From the NCBI GenBank assembly GCA_020891255.1, contig BQFW01000007.1, positions 1,116,001 to 1,180,000 of the forward strand: 64,000 bases of DNA. Reading direction: 5' to 3'. The translations under genes and the position numbers were made by a program. How positions within the stretch are numbered: the first letter of the stretch is position 1; every line of letters begins with the position of its first letter. Below are positions 35,118 through 47,344 of this stretch, in pieces. This DNA comes from Entomortierella parvispora E1425 (lineage: Eukaryota; Fungi; Mortierellomycota). The notes under the pieces are model-generated. The model was not told the DNA's origin. It saw only the letters and a program-made list of their open reading frames with translations, and ran no database searches.

Positions 35118-37320
35118 TTACTGCTTGCCTCCTTGCCAAGATTGACGGCCAGGCACCGCTTGCGGTGAGTGAGCAGTCGGCACATACATTGAAGGTCCTG
35201 CGAATGTGGGTGAGAGAGGAGGTGCGCCGTAGGCATGGGCACTGTTCGCGCCGTTCAGATGTGCTGGTACCGTTGGTGTTGGCATAGGTGCATACACGAC
35301 CCCTCCATTCGACATGGCCTGCATGGTGTCTGCACGAGGAGGTGCCCGTGGTTGGACACGGTTCTGGGTCATGTAGCTCACAAATTGATCTGGCACCTCT
35401 GCCAACACAGCCTCTGCCAGGGCTTCATTTCCAAACGCTCCCGCCTGGAACTCACGGAACGGTACAAACTGGACAATATCGCGGGCCATTGCCACGCCGT
35501 TGGATTTCAGGGGCTCGTCGTCTGCGTCCAGAATGTTCATGTTGTCAAAGTTTGCAGAACCCACACCAACAATAATCACAGACATGGGCAAACGGGAGGC
35601 CTGAACTATGGCCCGGATGGTGTTGTCCATGTCAGTAATCACACCGTCCGTGAGAATCAACAACACATAGTACTCTTCCATGCCTCCACGGTGCTGGTTA
35701 CAAATGGCCGCGGTCTGGTTAATAACGGGTGCAAAGTTGGTAGGTCCATACAGCTCAGAGTAAGTCAGTGCGTGCCAGTAGGCTGCAAGAATGCCATCCA
35801 CGCCATCGACCTCGGGCTATTTTGTTCACAAACAACACACGATTAGTTGAAATGATATAAGAACGGCATCATTTATCCACTCACACGTTGATAGGTGAAC
35901 GTACGTATTCGGGGTTGCCGTTCAAAGCCCAGCAATGGCTCACTTGACCATTGACACGCAAACCAAAGCCATAGCAAGGGAACTTTTTGTCCGTGTCGTA
36001 ACATTGAAGAATGTTGCCAACACTCCGAATCGCCCGAGTGTAGTCATTCTCTCCCGATGGGTTCCTGTAATGCAGCGATTGAGGGTGTCGAGGATCGCCG
36101 TTACTTTGGGTGAAATCAATGGCCACTACCAAATTCAGAGGCACACCACCCGCCAGATAGTCCAAGAAGGACGGAGGCTCAGTGACAATCATTCTTCGGA
36201 TCAAGAGATCTGTCCCAGCAGGCATAGGTGATAGGGGAAATGCCTTGGGCATGCTCGTGTTCATCAGTTCCGCAAAAGTGAAGACAGGGGTGTTGCCTAT
36301 GGTGACGTGCTCTACTTTGAGGCGGGATAACTAATGTTAAGAGGAGGGCACTCCTTTTTGAGCATGGTTTGGCATTCATTCCTTTCTTGCACTTACGACC
36401 ATTGTCCTTGAACTTTTTGACCTCGATTTTCAGCTGTCTGTGGGGATCGCCATTGCAAAGCTGGATCTCTTTGATATCAAACTCGGCATAGATTGGATTG
36501 CTCTTGGACCGCACAACGTTGGACTGATAAATAGGCGAAAAGACTCCGTTTTCAGAAGCACGATGAATGACAAAGAACGAGTTTGGGTCCGAAGAAAAGA
36601 ATCCCTTCTTAGTCAGCTTTGTCGCCTCAATGTTGAACTTGATCACCTTCTTTGACTGCGATTGCTCTTCTGCAGACACGATCACTGTTCCACGGTGAGA
36701 ATTGCGATGTTGAGGGTGTTCCAATCGACCAGCCAACGTTCTGCCTCTGCTACCGACTGAAACGAAACAAGGCTGGGGTTAGAGCTGTCGTCTTTCAATG
36801 GAAGGTAACGTGTCTGCTCCTTTTTCCGTCTTGTCATCGCCTTACTGATTTTGCCGACTTCAGTATCAAAGTGTCCAATGAGCTCCTGCGCCTGCCAGGA
36901 TGGGTTGTTCTGGTTGTCAACGTCGACAACAGTAAAGCGGATCGGCTGAATGGACTCGAAACGATAGTCAATGACGATACTCTTGACAAACTCGCACTCG
37001 AGCTTGTTAAGGACCATCTCAGTCTTGCCCACAGGCTCTTTGCACCAGGTGCGGGTCTTGGCATCCATCAAAAAGACAAAGCATTGTGGGTCAGACTTTG
37101 AGAGAATGTCCAAGTCGGCGAGACCTCTGTAGAAATGAAAAATGTGAGAAAAAAAAAAAAAAAGGGCGGAGCAACTGAACAAGAACGCGTTGCAGGGGGA
37201 TGCGTCTTTGTTTGTTTTGTTTTGGCAAAGCAAGGGGGATGGAACATACTTGCATTTGATCTTGAGCTCAAGCTTTGGTGCAGCAGGCACTTGTGGGGGC
37301 AGTGTTGGTTGCTGATACAT
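35118..37320 (-). CDS. Copine (C2A + C2B + vWA domain, Pro-rich tail)
   Basis: LELKIKCK|GLADLDILSKSDPQC, RGTVIVSAEE, LNLVVAIDFTQSNGDP, SLHY, YGFG, GPTNFAPVIN, YYVLLILTDG, LPMSVIIVGVG and RDIVQFVPFR. These are standard copine motifs. Four GT-AG introns traced. Confidence 0.93.
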
Positions 37321-37741
37321 GGAGAGGGTGTAAGAATAAGACGATTACGAGGGAATGAGGGTGGGTATAAGAGACGATGACAAGGAATGGTGGAATTAAA
37401 GCAATGAAGAATAAAACGAATGGAAGAAGAAGAAGAAGCGGAAGGTTGTGAAACTTGGCCAAAAGAGGGAGTACAAAAACAGGCAAAAAGAAAAGACAAT
37501 GGAAGCAGGCTGGGTCGACAGTTGCTGCCCCGTGAGCCGACAAAGGGATAGAAAGAAGTCTTTCCAGGAAGAAAAGAGAGCGGCCGTTTTTTTTTGTTCG
37601 AATGAAATGCAGTAAAGGTACCGGGTATTGTGTAACAACATGGGCTGCGCCTTCTCTGCAGCCAGACGGGGCGCTTCCAACGGTCCAAATCCAATTCTCC
37701 AAGCACAGCCCATTCGTTATCTCCCAGCAGCAATGACGTTT

Positions 37742-37821
37742 ATCACGTGATGCTTATTTCCAGTCATAATATATAGGTGCGAATGCGACTGCGAGTGAGC
37801 GAGTCCGACCATTTGCACGTG
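37742..37821. promoter_or_regulatory. E-box pair in the copine/elongase divergent promoter
   Basis: Palindrome ATCACGTGAT at 37742-37751 and a second CACGTG at 37816-37821, with TATATA between them. Confidence 0.4.
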
Positions 37822-38183
37822 AGTCCAATTGACAGTGGAACGAGGGAGCCATTTCCAGACTCAGACGTGTGTCCCTGGATCGAAAGATGAGGTGCAGCAG
37901 AGAGATACTGTAGACAGAAACGCGCCACCGGTGAAGGTGAATGCTGTGGGCCTGCTTGGGTGCCTCTCTCTCCCTGGTTGATCTCGCCGGTCGTGGCGAT
38001 GGTTGGCGATGCGGCCAAGAGCGCTCTCTAGATACAGTACAGTACACAGCAGCAGAAAGAGAAAGAGAAAGAGCAACGAGTGCAAAGAGGAAACAGCCAA
38101 AAGAGAACATACACACTCACCCCACCTTCGGCATTCGGCACATTCCCACTGCCTTTTTTCAATCTCCCTCGCTCGCTCGCATC

Positions 38184-38210
38184 CTCATCTCATCTCATCT
38201 CATCTCATCT
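38184..38210. repeat. (CATCT)n pentanucleotide repeat in the elongase 5' leader
   Basis: ctcatctcatctcatctcatctcatct. Confidence 0.8.
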
Positions 38211-38377
38211 GTTCTCCACTCCGCCCTTCTCTCCTTTTTTTTCCCTTTCTTCTCTCTTCCCTTCTTTCTTTCTCTTCATCCTCCCTCTTTCCGTTTTCTG
38301 TTTCCCTCATCCCCTCTAGATCTTGCTCATCTTCCCCCATTTTCAAGCTCTTGTGCAACCATTAGAATCTAGCAAAC

Positions 38378-39726
38378 ATGGCCGCAGCTGCAATCCTGGA
38401 CAAGGTTCATTTCAGCATCGATCAGCCCTTCGGCATCAGACTCGATGACTACTTCAGCAAGGGCTACGAGCTCGTCACTGGCAACCCGATCAGCTCTTTT
38501 GTCTTCCAGGAGGGTGTCACCCCATTGTCTACAAAGTACGAGGTGGCCATGTGGACCATCACCTACTTCATCGTCATCTTTGGCGGTCGTCAGATCATGA
38601 AGAACCAGGATGCTTTCAAGCTCAAGCCCCTGTTCATTCTCCACAACTTCCTCCTTACCGTCGCCTCGGGTGCCTTGCTTCTCTTGTTCATCGAGAACTT
38701 GGCCCCTATCCTGACCAGACACGGTCTCTTCTACGCCATTTGCGACGACGGTGCCTGGACCCAGCGTCTCGAATTGCTCTACTACCTCAACTACCTGGTC
38801 AAGTACTGGGAACTCGCCGACACTGTCTTCCTGGTCCTCAAGAAGAAGCCCCTTGGTACGTTCAATTGACAATTGAATGCCTACACTGGCGTTTGTTTCT
38901 CTTTCATTCGGCTTTTCCTTGACTTGGTCCTATTTTGTGAACCCCCTTGTTGTTCTCCGCCGCGGGATCAAACATCACCCACCCTTGGAACACGACCACG
39001 ATCTACTACCACCACTTTCGACCCCGGAACATTCAACATAACCGATTTGGAATAGCGGATCGTGTGGGGAAACAACCACAATGGACGACCACGGATGGAC
39101 ACCATTGGACGCCAGACTGCATGCAGCGCACCGGAAACAACAACGCGTCTAATATCTCTCAGGGATGCACGCGACCGAAAGACAGAGATGGCCTGTGAAC
39201 AGTGAACTAACTTGCCTCTGACTACTGTCCCCTTGTCGTTCCTGTAGAGTTCTTGCACTACTTCCATCACTCCATGACCATGATTCTCTGCTTTGTCCAG
39301 CTCGGTGGCCACACCTCGGTCTCTTGGGTTCCCATCACCTTGAACTTGACCGTCCACGTTTTGATGTACTACTACTACATGCGCTCTGCTGCCGGTGTCC
39401 GCATCTGGTGGAAGCAGTACTTGACTACCCTCCAGATCATCCAGTTTGTTCTCGACCTCGGCTTTATTTACTTCTGCGCCTACACCTACTTTGCCTGGAC
39501 CTACTTCCCCTGGGCTCCCAACGCTGGCAAGTGCGCTGGTACTGAGGGCGCTGCTCTCTTTGGCTGCGGACTCTTGTCGAGCTACTTGTTGTTGTTCATC
39601 AACTTTTACCGCCTCACCTACAACGCCAAGGCCAAGGCCGCTGCTAACAAGGTCCGCGGCACTAACATGACCCCCAAGACTGTCAAGTCTGGATCTTCAT
39701 CCAAGAGCAAGAGCAAGCACATCTAA
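38378..39726 (+). CDS. ELO/GNS1/SUR4-family fatty acid elongase (MAELO-type)
   Basis: Exons 38378-38855 and 39248-39726. KYWELADTVFLVLKKKPL|EFLHYFHHS (HxxHH), HVLMYYYY, TTLQIIQF and C-terminal KSKHI dilysine ER signal. The N-terminus MAAAILDKV..DQPFGI matches my recollection of Mortierella alpina MAELO. Confidence 0.95.
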
Positions 39727-40419
39727 GGGGGAGTTCTTCGTATGTGTGTGTTTGTTGTTGTTTAAAGGTGGCGGAGAGGAGGGAAAGACGATCGTTTCGA
39801 CCATGTCAGCCCCCGTTTACCTTGACCGTTTGCCTTTTTTGCCCTCTTTTCATCTTTAGTCATTTTTTTTTCATGTTCCATCCTCCCCTTCTCCTCCGCT
39901 CGTTCATTTTGTCCTTTTTCTCCTTTCTTCATACTAGAGTACTTGTTTTCTATAGATACCTTCTCTCTCCAAAATGATCAAACTTGCGAAATACAGCCCT
40001 GATATGATAGACCAACGTGCAAAGTGGGGAGTGAGAGGGGTAAGGGTAAGGGTAGGGGTGAGCAGCAAGATAACAGGCACGCGAGAATGAAATGTTGTTG
40101 TTACGCCAACAGTCGTAAAATTAGAGTCGGAAACCAAGTATTTTTAGGTGGAAAGAAAGAGACCCTTTGGAGTTTGGACGTTTCCCTGTCTCTTGACTTT
40201 CTTTTTTTTTTCTGCATGTAACACGCTCATTGTCGCTGCATCCCTTTGAATCCCCATCTTTCCTCTTTTCCTTCCCTCCTTTCTTCTTTCCCACTCTCTC
40301 TCATCTCTCATACACCGACCCTCCTTCTCCACATCTTTCCGACCCTGTGCCAGAGCGGACATACCTACTCGCTCTTTTTCCGCTCTATTGCTCTTTTTTA
40401 TTCCACCCACTTTCCCAAA

Positions 40420-42303
40420 ATGGAACGCGATCCGTTCCTTCTCGGCCAGGAACAACGTTTTCAAGAACAACAACAGCAACAACAACAGCACCCACACTAC
40501 CAAGAACAGCCCTATGGACAACACACCCACCCACATCTCATGAAGGATGGCAGCCTCACGGACGAACAGGCCTTTGCTTTGATGCACCCACACCAACCAC
40601 ACTATCCTTCTTCTCCGCCTCTTCCTCACCATCATCACCAATTATTGCCTGGAGCTACAGGAGGCGAATCAGGAGGCGGTGTTGTCCTCGTCGGCGGCGG
40701 TGGCGGTCCTAACAGCAATGGTACAAGGTCGGAATCAGGAGGTTATCGCCTTCCCGACATCAGAGCCGGGGCCCCTCTCTCCTCCGCCTCTACGGCCTCC
40801 ATGATGAGTCCTCCTCGATCCGGTCTCACGCTGGGGTACCCTTCTCCCATCCCAGCAGGGGCGACAATGGGCAGTCGGAGTGAGAAGGGAGCTGGATCTG
40901 TGGTGAATTATCCGTTGGACCAAGGGGCTTACTATGCCCCTTATTCTCCTCCGCAACAACACCAACAACAACTTCAGGCCCAGGCACTCTCAATACAGTC
41001 TTCCGGCTATTCGCCCTATCTGCACTCACAGCAACATCCAAGCCCCTATGACGAGACGCCCTTTGGGTCACACTATTCGCTTGTCAGCGGGAGCAGCAGC
41101 AGTGTTGCAGGAGGCTATCCAAGACACCAACAGCAACAATATGCAATGCAGCCATTGAAGGAGAAGGGAAGCACGGGTGGCCACAGCAGCAGTGGACATG
41201 GACACTATACCCAGGCGCCTTTGGTGGACTTGAGTGGCTCCCCCACGCCCATCCTTCGATCTGCTTCCCTCAAGATGGAAAAAGCCTCTGGAAAAAATCA
41301 AGAGGGCAAAGAGGATGACGAGACATCCGAGGCCATGGCGCACAGGGACAGTTCGGATGCTTTGTCAAAGGGTCAAAGGAACCAGGACATTGATCAAAGC
41401 AGCGATGATGACGATGAAGAAGAAGGACAAGAACGCGGTGCTTCCAGGAGAAGGGACAGCAAACGGTGCTGGTGTTGTTCGAAACGTCTTTGTGTCTACT
41501 TGACGTTCTTGATGGTGATCCTGTTGGCAATTGCGCTGTATTTCCTAGTGCCAAGAGCGCCTGGCTTCAGCTTCGTGACCGTGACCTCGATGGGAGACCC
41601 CGTCGTGTCCAAGAATCAATTCCAGGAACCATTCTCCATCCAAATTAGCGTCGACAACACTGAAAACTACCTTCCTCTTCGACTGAATTCCATAGGCATG
41701 AGTGTAAGTTATCTGTTGACTCTTCTACCATGTCATGTCCCTTGTCATTCGTCGTTTCCTGTGGACTAACAAAACTCGACTTCTTTTGTTCTTTCTCGCT
41801 CTCTCTAGGTCTGGATGAAGATTGACATGACAAAGGTCGGCAACAATGACGATCTCCCTTCAGCGTTCACCCTCAAAGCCAAACAAATCCAAACCATCTC
41901 AGTCCCCATGGTGTTCGACTATACCTCGCTCAAGATCGACACCAACAGCGACGGTACCTTTCAACAACTGATCACGTCCTGTACACCTGTCGCAGCGGGC
42001 GGCACTCCTGTAGGACTCAACTTGGTTTTTGGTGGACAACTCTATGTCTGGGGCTTGTCCTGGGTTTGGAAACCTCAGTTTAGCTTCAACACCCTGAATA
42101 TCCCCTGCCCTATCAATGCTAAAGACCCAGCCACACTTCCGCTGCCTTCTTCTCCTGCCTCTCCTTCTCAGGCACTACCATCGACGGCTTCGGTCACAAG
42201 GCCTGCTGCTAGCGGTGCTTCCTCGGCGGCAGTCGCAACGGCATCAGCGCAAGGTTCTCGTGCAACCGCCTCTGCAACTCCTACACAAGCTGCCCATTCA
42301 TAG
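40420..42303 (+). CDS. Type II single-pass membrane protein with Gln/Pro/Gly-rich cytosolic N-terminus and probable LEA_2-like luminal beta domain
   Basis: ATG at 40420, intron 41704-41808. One TM helix (LCVYLTFLMVILLAIALYFLVPR) is preceded by the Cys cluster RCWCCSKRLC. It is followed by ISVDNTENYLPL and a beta-rich segment, then a Ser/Ala/Thr tail. The LEA_2 call is by motif impression only. Confidence 0.6.
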
Positions 42304-42348
42304 AACGTTGGAAAGTCGCGACAAGCCACGCCCTTTCTTTGCCTGTTT

Positions 42349-42380
<32 letters not shown>

Positions 42381-42679
42381 TTGAACATTAAAGAACACCT
42401 TGGTTTTGGACAAAAAAGAATGTCAGAGATCAATGATCCAGAATCGTTTGCTTGGTTATTTCTTGGAATGCAAAGAGAAAGAAAAGTCTTCACAAGAAAG
42501 AAAAGACAATTTCAGGCATGCGAAAGATATTGCTGTTGATTTCAGTTCTTTATTATTTTTTGCTGCTGCTTTAGCTTTTGAAGATCCTTGTCTATGAAGA
42601 AATATGGGGAACGTCTTCGAATCTCGTCTGATCATGGACCGTCTTTGACAGCGCAGTACCTCCCTCCATTGCTTCCGTC

Positions 42680-45600
42680 TTAACGGGTGTGATTGGGGTT
42701 ATAGAGCAAGGCAGTCTGTAAGATCTCTTTGAGATGTTTTGAGACCACGTCCGAGGTAGTTCTGACAGTCAAACGGTACATCTACAGCGAGGAGTTTTCA
42801 GCGGAAAGGGGAAAGAGTTGTTAGATTAACCATCCATTTGAGAATAAAGTCAATTGGAGCATGAAAGGCCAAAAAAAAAAAAAAAAAAAAAAGTATAACT
42901 CCACTTACATCTGTCTCCTTGTTTGGCTCCAAGCGCAGCAAGCATCCGACCTTTCCACTCATCGATGTGTTAAACACTCCTGTCGCCACAAAATTGCCAG
43001 GCTTGGGATCCACATTTTCACAGATTCCAAGACGGTTGTTCACTAAGATGGATCGTGCCTTTTCCAAATCAATCCTGTCTGGTGCCACCTTGATCACCTC
43101 CTGAACCTCACGGGGAGGACCTCCAATCTGCTTCCATCTTGCAAAGAAATCTGCGCTCGATAGCTGAATCGGCTCAATAAACCGCGTCAGCGTCACTGGC
43201 AAGCGAAGGTAAATACTTTGTGTCGATCCTGCATGGTACGAGATCCTGATCATAGGCACCTCGGTCACAATCTGCTGGCATTCCAAAGAGTACAACTGCT
43301 GAATCTGAGTGGAAGGTCCAATGGATGTTGCCAGCGTATGCGAAGAAGCGACGACTAAACCCTCTGGCGAATCCACCGTAACTGTGAAGGATCCCAATTG
43401 CGTATGAGTCTTGTTGCCGAAATACATGGCCAAACGTCCGAGATGTCCGTGGTACTCAGATTTGATGCCAATCTGCAGAATGCTATCCTCGTAAAGTACA
43501 CCGTCGGATCCATCCCGAAGGCGGTTGTACCACTTTTCGGATCCTGGGGCCAACTGATCCTTCCAGCTCAATCCAGCAGGCTTGGAAGAGGCAGACGCCG
43601 CTGATGATGCCGCTGGTGTGCTGGATGCACCTCCATTGGCAGCTGAAGCGGCAGAACCATCCTCGCCTTCACCGCCAGCGGTGGTGCCCAGGCTGGCATT
43701 GCTCACACCCGCCACCAGATCGTCCACACTTCCATTTTCGTTCCTCTCCTTGGCTGCCAGCAGATTCGCAGGCGTCTTTTCGTTCGAATCCTTGCCTCCA
43801 ATGTTCCAGGTGCGCTTATCCTCGGTCTGGCCTGTCTTCTCGTTCAATCTCGAAAGCAAGGCCGACTCTCGCTCAGGGAACTGAGGCATCTCCTCACAGA
43901 CTGTCTGCAAAAGGTCGTCAGTTGGCATGGTTGCGATAGCCATGTACTCGCAAGCACGTTGCTGCAGCTCCGCATCTAGCACATGTCGGTACTGGTTGAA
44001 AACGGCCAAGATAGCTCCCTTGATTTCAGGGAACAGGTTCACAAACTTGATATAAGTGGAAAGCAAGAGAGCTCTCGTCGCCAGAGAGCACAATCCAAAC
44101 CGAGCATGGAGTGTGTTGAACTGCTCAATGGGCGAGCATCCTGGCAGGTTGGCAATCAAATGTCCATACTCTCCAAGGATATAGCCTCCGACCTTCAACA
44201 TGTTCTCGTGGCAATGAGGTGATCGCATGTAATGCAGCACCATCTTGGCCGAATACTCCTGCAGGTTCTCGTGGTTGGTCACAATCTGGACCACTCTGTA
44301 CCAGACTTCCTCTCCGACATGATCACCGGCAGAGCTGATCAACTGCAAGATCACATCCACATACCACGAATGCTCAGTGGCGTATTTTTCCGTCATGATG
44401 GCGATCTTAAGCACCATTTCCTCACGCAGCGCATAGTCTGCGATATGCAGGTAGCGAATCAACTCCGAGACAATGGTTTTTGCGTTCGAGACATCACACA
44501 TGCTGTAAAGGAGATCCAGTCCACGACGACGCACACTGATATCCTTGTCCCGCAATGATAAAATGATGGTCTCCTCATGCTTCTTGATCTCATCCAGCTC
44601 ATCCGTAACAGCCGCCAAATGGGCCATGGTCTCCAATCCCAGGTAACGGACATTGGTTTCTTTTGAAAGGATGAAACGAGCGAGGATAGTGGTCGCCTGT
44701 CGAACAATATCTGATTCACAGTCCAAGTGGATGGCCAAGTTGATAGCCTCAAACAAGATGGCGTTCTGGGCATTGTTGTGTTGGACATTCCTTGGTGTCT
44801 CCAAAGAGTTGTTGATAATGGTCTGAAGAACGTTGTGGAGCATCTCTGCCATATTGGGGTCCTCTGATCATAGGAATAACAAGATGAGGATAGTCAGTTC
44901 GCCTGCTGGGGGATCAGTTATAATTTTTTGATTTCGGCCGAGAAATGAACGAACCTGTTGGAGGGAAGTATTGGAGCAATCTGAGGAGCTTGACCTGGAG
45001 CCATGGAATTGGAATCTTGTAATAAACATAGTCTGCAGAAAAGTCGCGCTCCACGATCACCTGCAACGTCAAAAAAGAGTGCTATTTAGAGCATGCCTCA
45101 TGAATATAAAAGATGGACTGGCACGACATGAAAGGAGCTCATTTTGACATACCTTGTGGAGGCGCATGATAGCCTTGGGTATGGCCATCATAAACGACTC
45201 TGGGTATTGTTGAGCAAGAGCAGTGACCAAGCTGGTCACGGACAGACAAACACCCAGATCATAGTCGTCAATGATGTTGGTGATACGCTCTGCCCAGTCA
45301 GGGGCAGGAATCACGTCCGGATGCTTCCTGAACAAACGCAGCATGGTCAAGGCTGCCTTTTTCTTGACAAAACTCTTGGAGTTTCTATTGTTCATTGGGG
45401 TCATTCAAAAAGACAAAACGATCAGCCATGATTAAAAATAGGATCACAAAAATGATAATAAAAGTGAGCACTTCTGTTCCATCCTTTTCTCGATATCGAA
45501 CGGTGGGAAGATGAAGGCCCGTTGCGTCTTTTGAAAAAAAGATGGGCTACACTTACGGAGAGACGAGAAGTCGGTGCACGTCTCCTGCCAGAGACTCGGC

Positions 45601-46307
45601 CATTTCCCTGCCTCCAATGTTGGCAATGGCGTGAAGAGCAAGGCAGTTGTGAATCTCGTTGTTGTCCTCCAGGTCCTTGCGGATCGAGTTTACGACCAGG
45701 CGTACCAAGTCGCTGTTCTCGTGCATCAACAGTGTAATTCCGAGATAACCCTAAAGTTGTAGAAGAAAGTCAACAAACCTGTTAGCGACAGGTCCACTCT
45801 TTTTTGCAGGTAAGGAACCTAGAAAGCCCTTTGAATCAAGAGACGACACGGTAAACAAGCTGCCCTTACAATTTGCTTTTCGCTATATTTTGTGCTCGAG
45901 ATGAGTCCAACGGCCTCCATGTGTCCAAAGTCGATGTCCCATCCGAGGATATACATGTAAAGCAACTTGCAGACGTATTTCTTCTTGTCGTAGCCGCTAA
46001 GGCTGCCCTCTACAGAAGTAATTCGATAGAAGCCAGAGGTCAGCTCATGTTGGGTCCATGTTGCGCAAAAAAGGGAAGAGTGCGAGGGCGTGTTTGTTAC
46101 CCTTGAACTTTGTGCGGATGTTGGCCATCTCCTTGTTGATTCTCTTTTCCTCGAGCTCACGGACGCGGCCTAGGTATAAGCATTAAGAAGGCGGGTTTGA
46201 GTGGTTGGTCCTGAAGCTGAAAGGATTCGTCATTACATTCTCGAGGGAAGCAAGGACGTACAATTGCGGATGTCCGCAATGAACACGGTCAGTCCTCGCA
46301 TAGACAT
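42680..46307 (-). CDS. APL3: AP-2 adaptor complex alpha subunit
   Basis: [89 protein letters not shown], and ear-domain GVLYED and CLLRLEPN. The last exon (MYRLTVRTT...) ends at 42680. Confidence 0.96.
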
Positions 46308-47344
46308 GATGGAAAGATTGTTCCTGGCGAGGATAGGTAGAGATGGTGGTGTGTGGGGTAAGGGGTAGGATGGAAGATGCCCAGAGCCGGATGAACAAGC
46401 GAGCTTATCCTGCTAAAAACGAGAAAGAGATGGGATGGAGAGAGAAGAGATGATGTCCAGGAGATGAATGTGAGAGATGAGAGCAAAATGGTGGATGGTG
46501 GAGAGTGGAGAGGGAATGGAGTGGTGTGATAACGTGGAATAAATTTATCGCGAGTATTTATATTTATTCCCACAATTTTAGTCGGATGTTTTATTCGTAG
46601 TTCTAGGATGGTCCTTCTCTGTGACAAGCAGTAAACGGGCTGCAGCAGAAGCAGAGACCACCCATGTACTCTGCCTACTACGCTCCAGAGAACAGGTTAA
46701 AGACGACGTAGACGACTTCATATTTTTGTTCGGCTCGCGAGTGTTCCCTGCAAGCCGCGCTGGTCGGACGACCCACAGAAAAAAGCGAGAGCACCTACCA
46801 TTGAGGTCGGGTCGGTGCTGGACGCAATACGATCGCGACTGCTGTTGGCGGCAGGCAAGGGCCACTCTCGCCCAGCTGGGCGAAGCGAAATCGCTGGACA
46901 AGCCAAGAGAAAGAAAATAAGAGGAGATGGAGAGACATGGTCCAAGCCCGCACCACGCCCGTTGCACCCAACCGAAGGACCAAGGTGGTTGGTTGCATCC
47001 AATCCGGCACATGTGCAGAAGCACCCCAGGCTGTCCTCACACACACGCGCAGGGAAAGGCCCCCCACGCACTCGGCACAAAGCTTATTGTCGTCCCCCGC
47101 ACAGAACAAAGTGACACGGTCCGCTCCTTTTCTCCTTTTCTCTCTTTCCTCCTCCACACACAATAAAAGACAATCGGGGTTTCCTCCTGTCCCTCTACTT
47201 CTCTTCTTTCTCTCTCTCTCTGTCTCTCTTTCATTTGAATTCATTCCTCTGTTCATTCACACGCCTGCTCATTCCTCTGTCCTTCTTTTCTCTTTCTTTT
47301 TCCCCTCTCTTTCTCACTCTCACTCTCCTGTACCAATACCAACC

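Noticed and set aside
35235-35846. 203-aa plus-strand ORF
   Set aside because: Antisense shadow of the copine vWA exon.
38968-39357. 129-aa minus-strand ORF overlapping the elongase intron
   Set aside because: Antisense to elongase exon 2 and intron. No independent gene signals.
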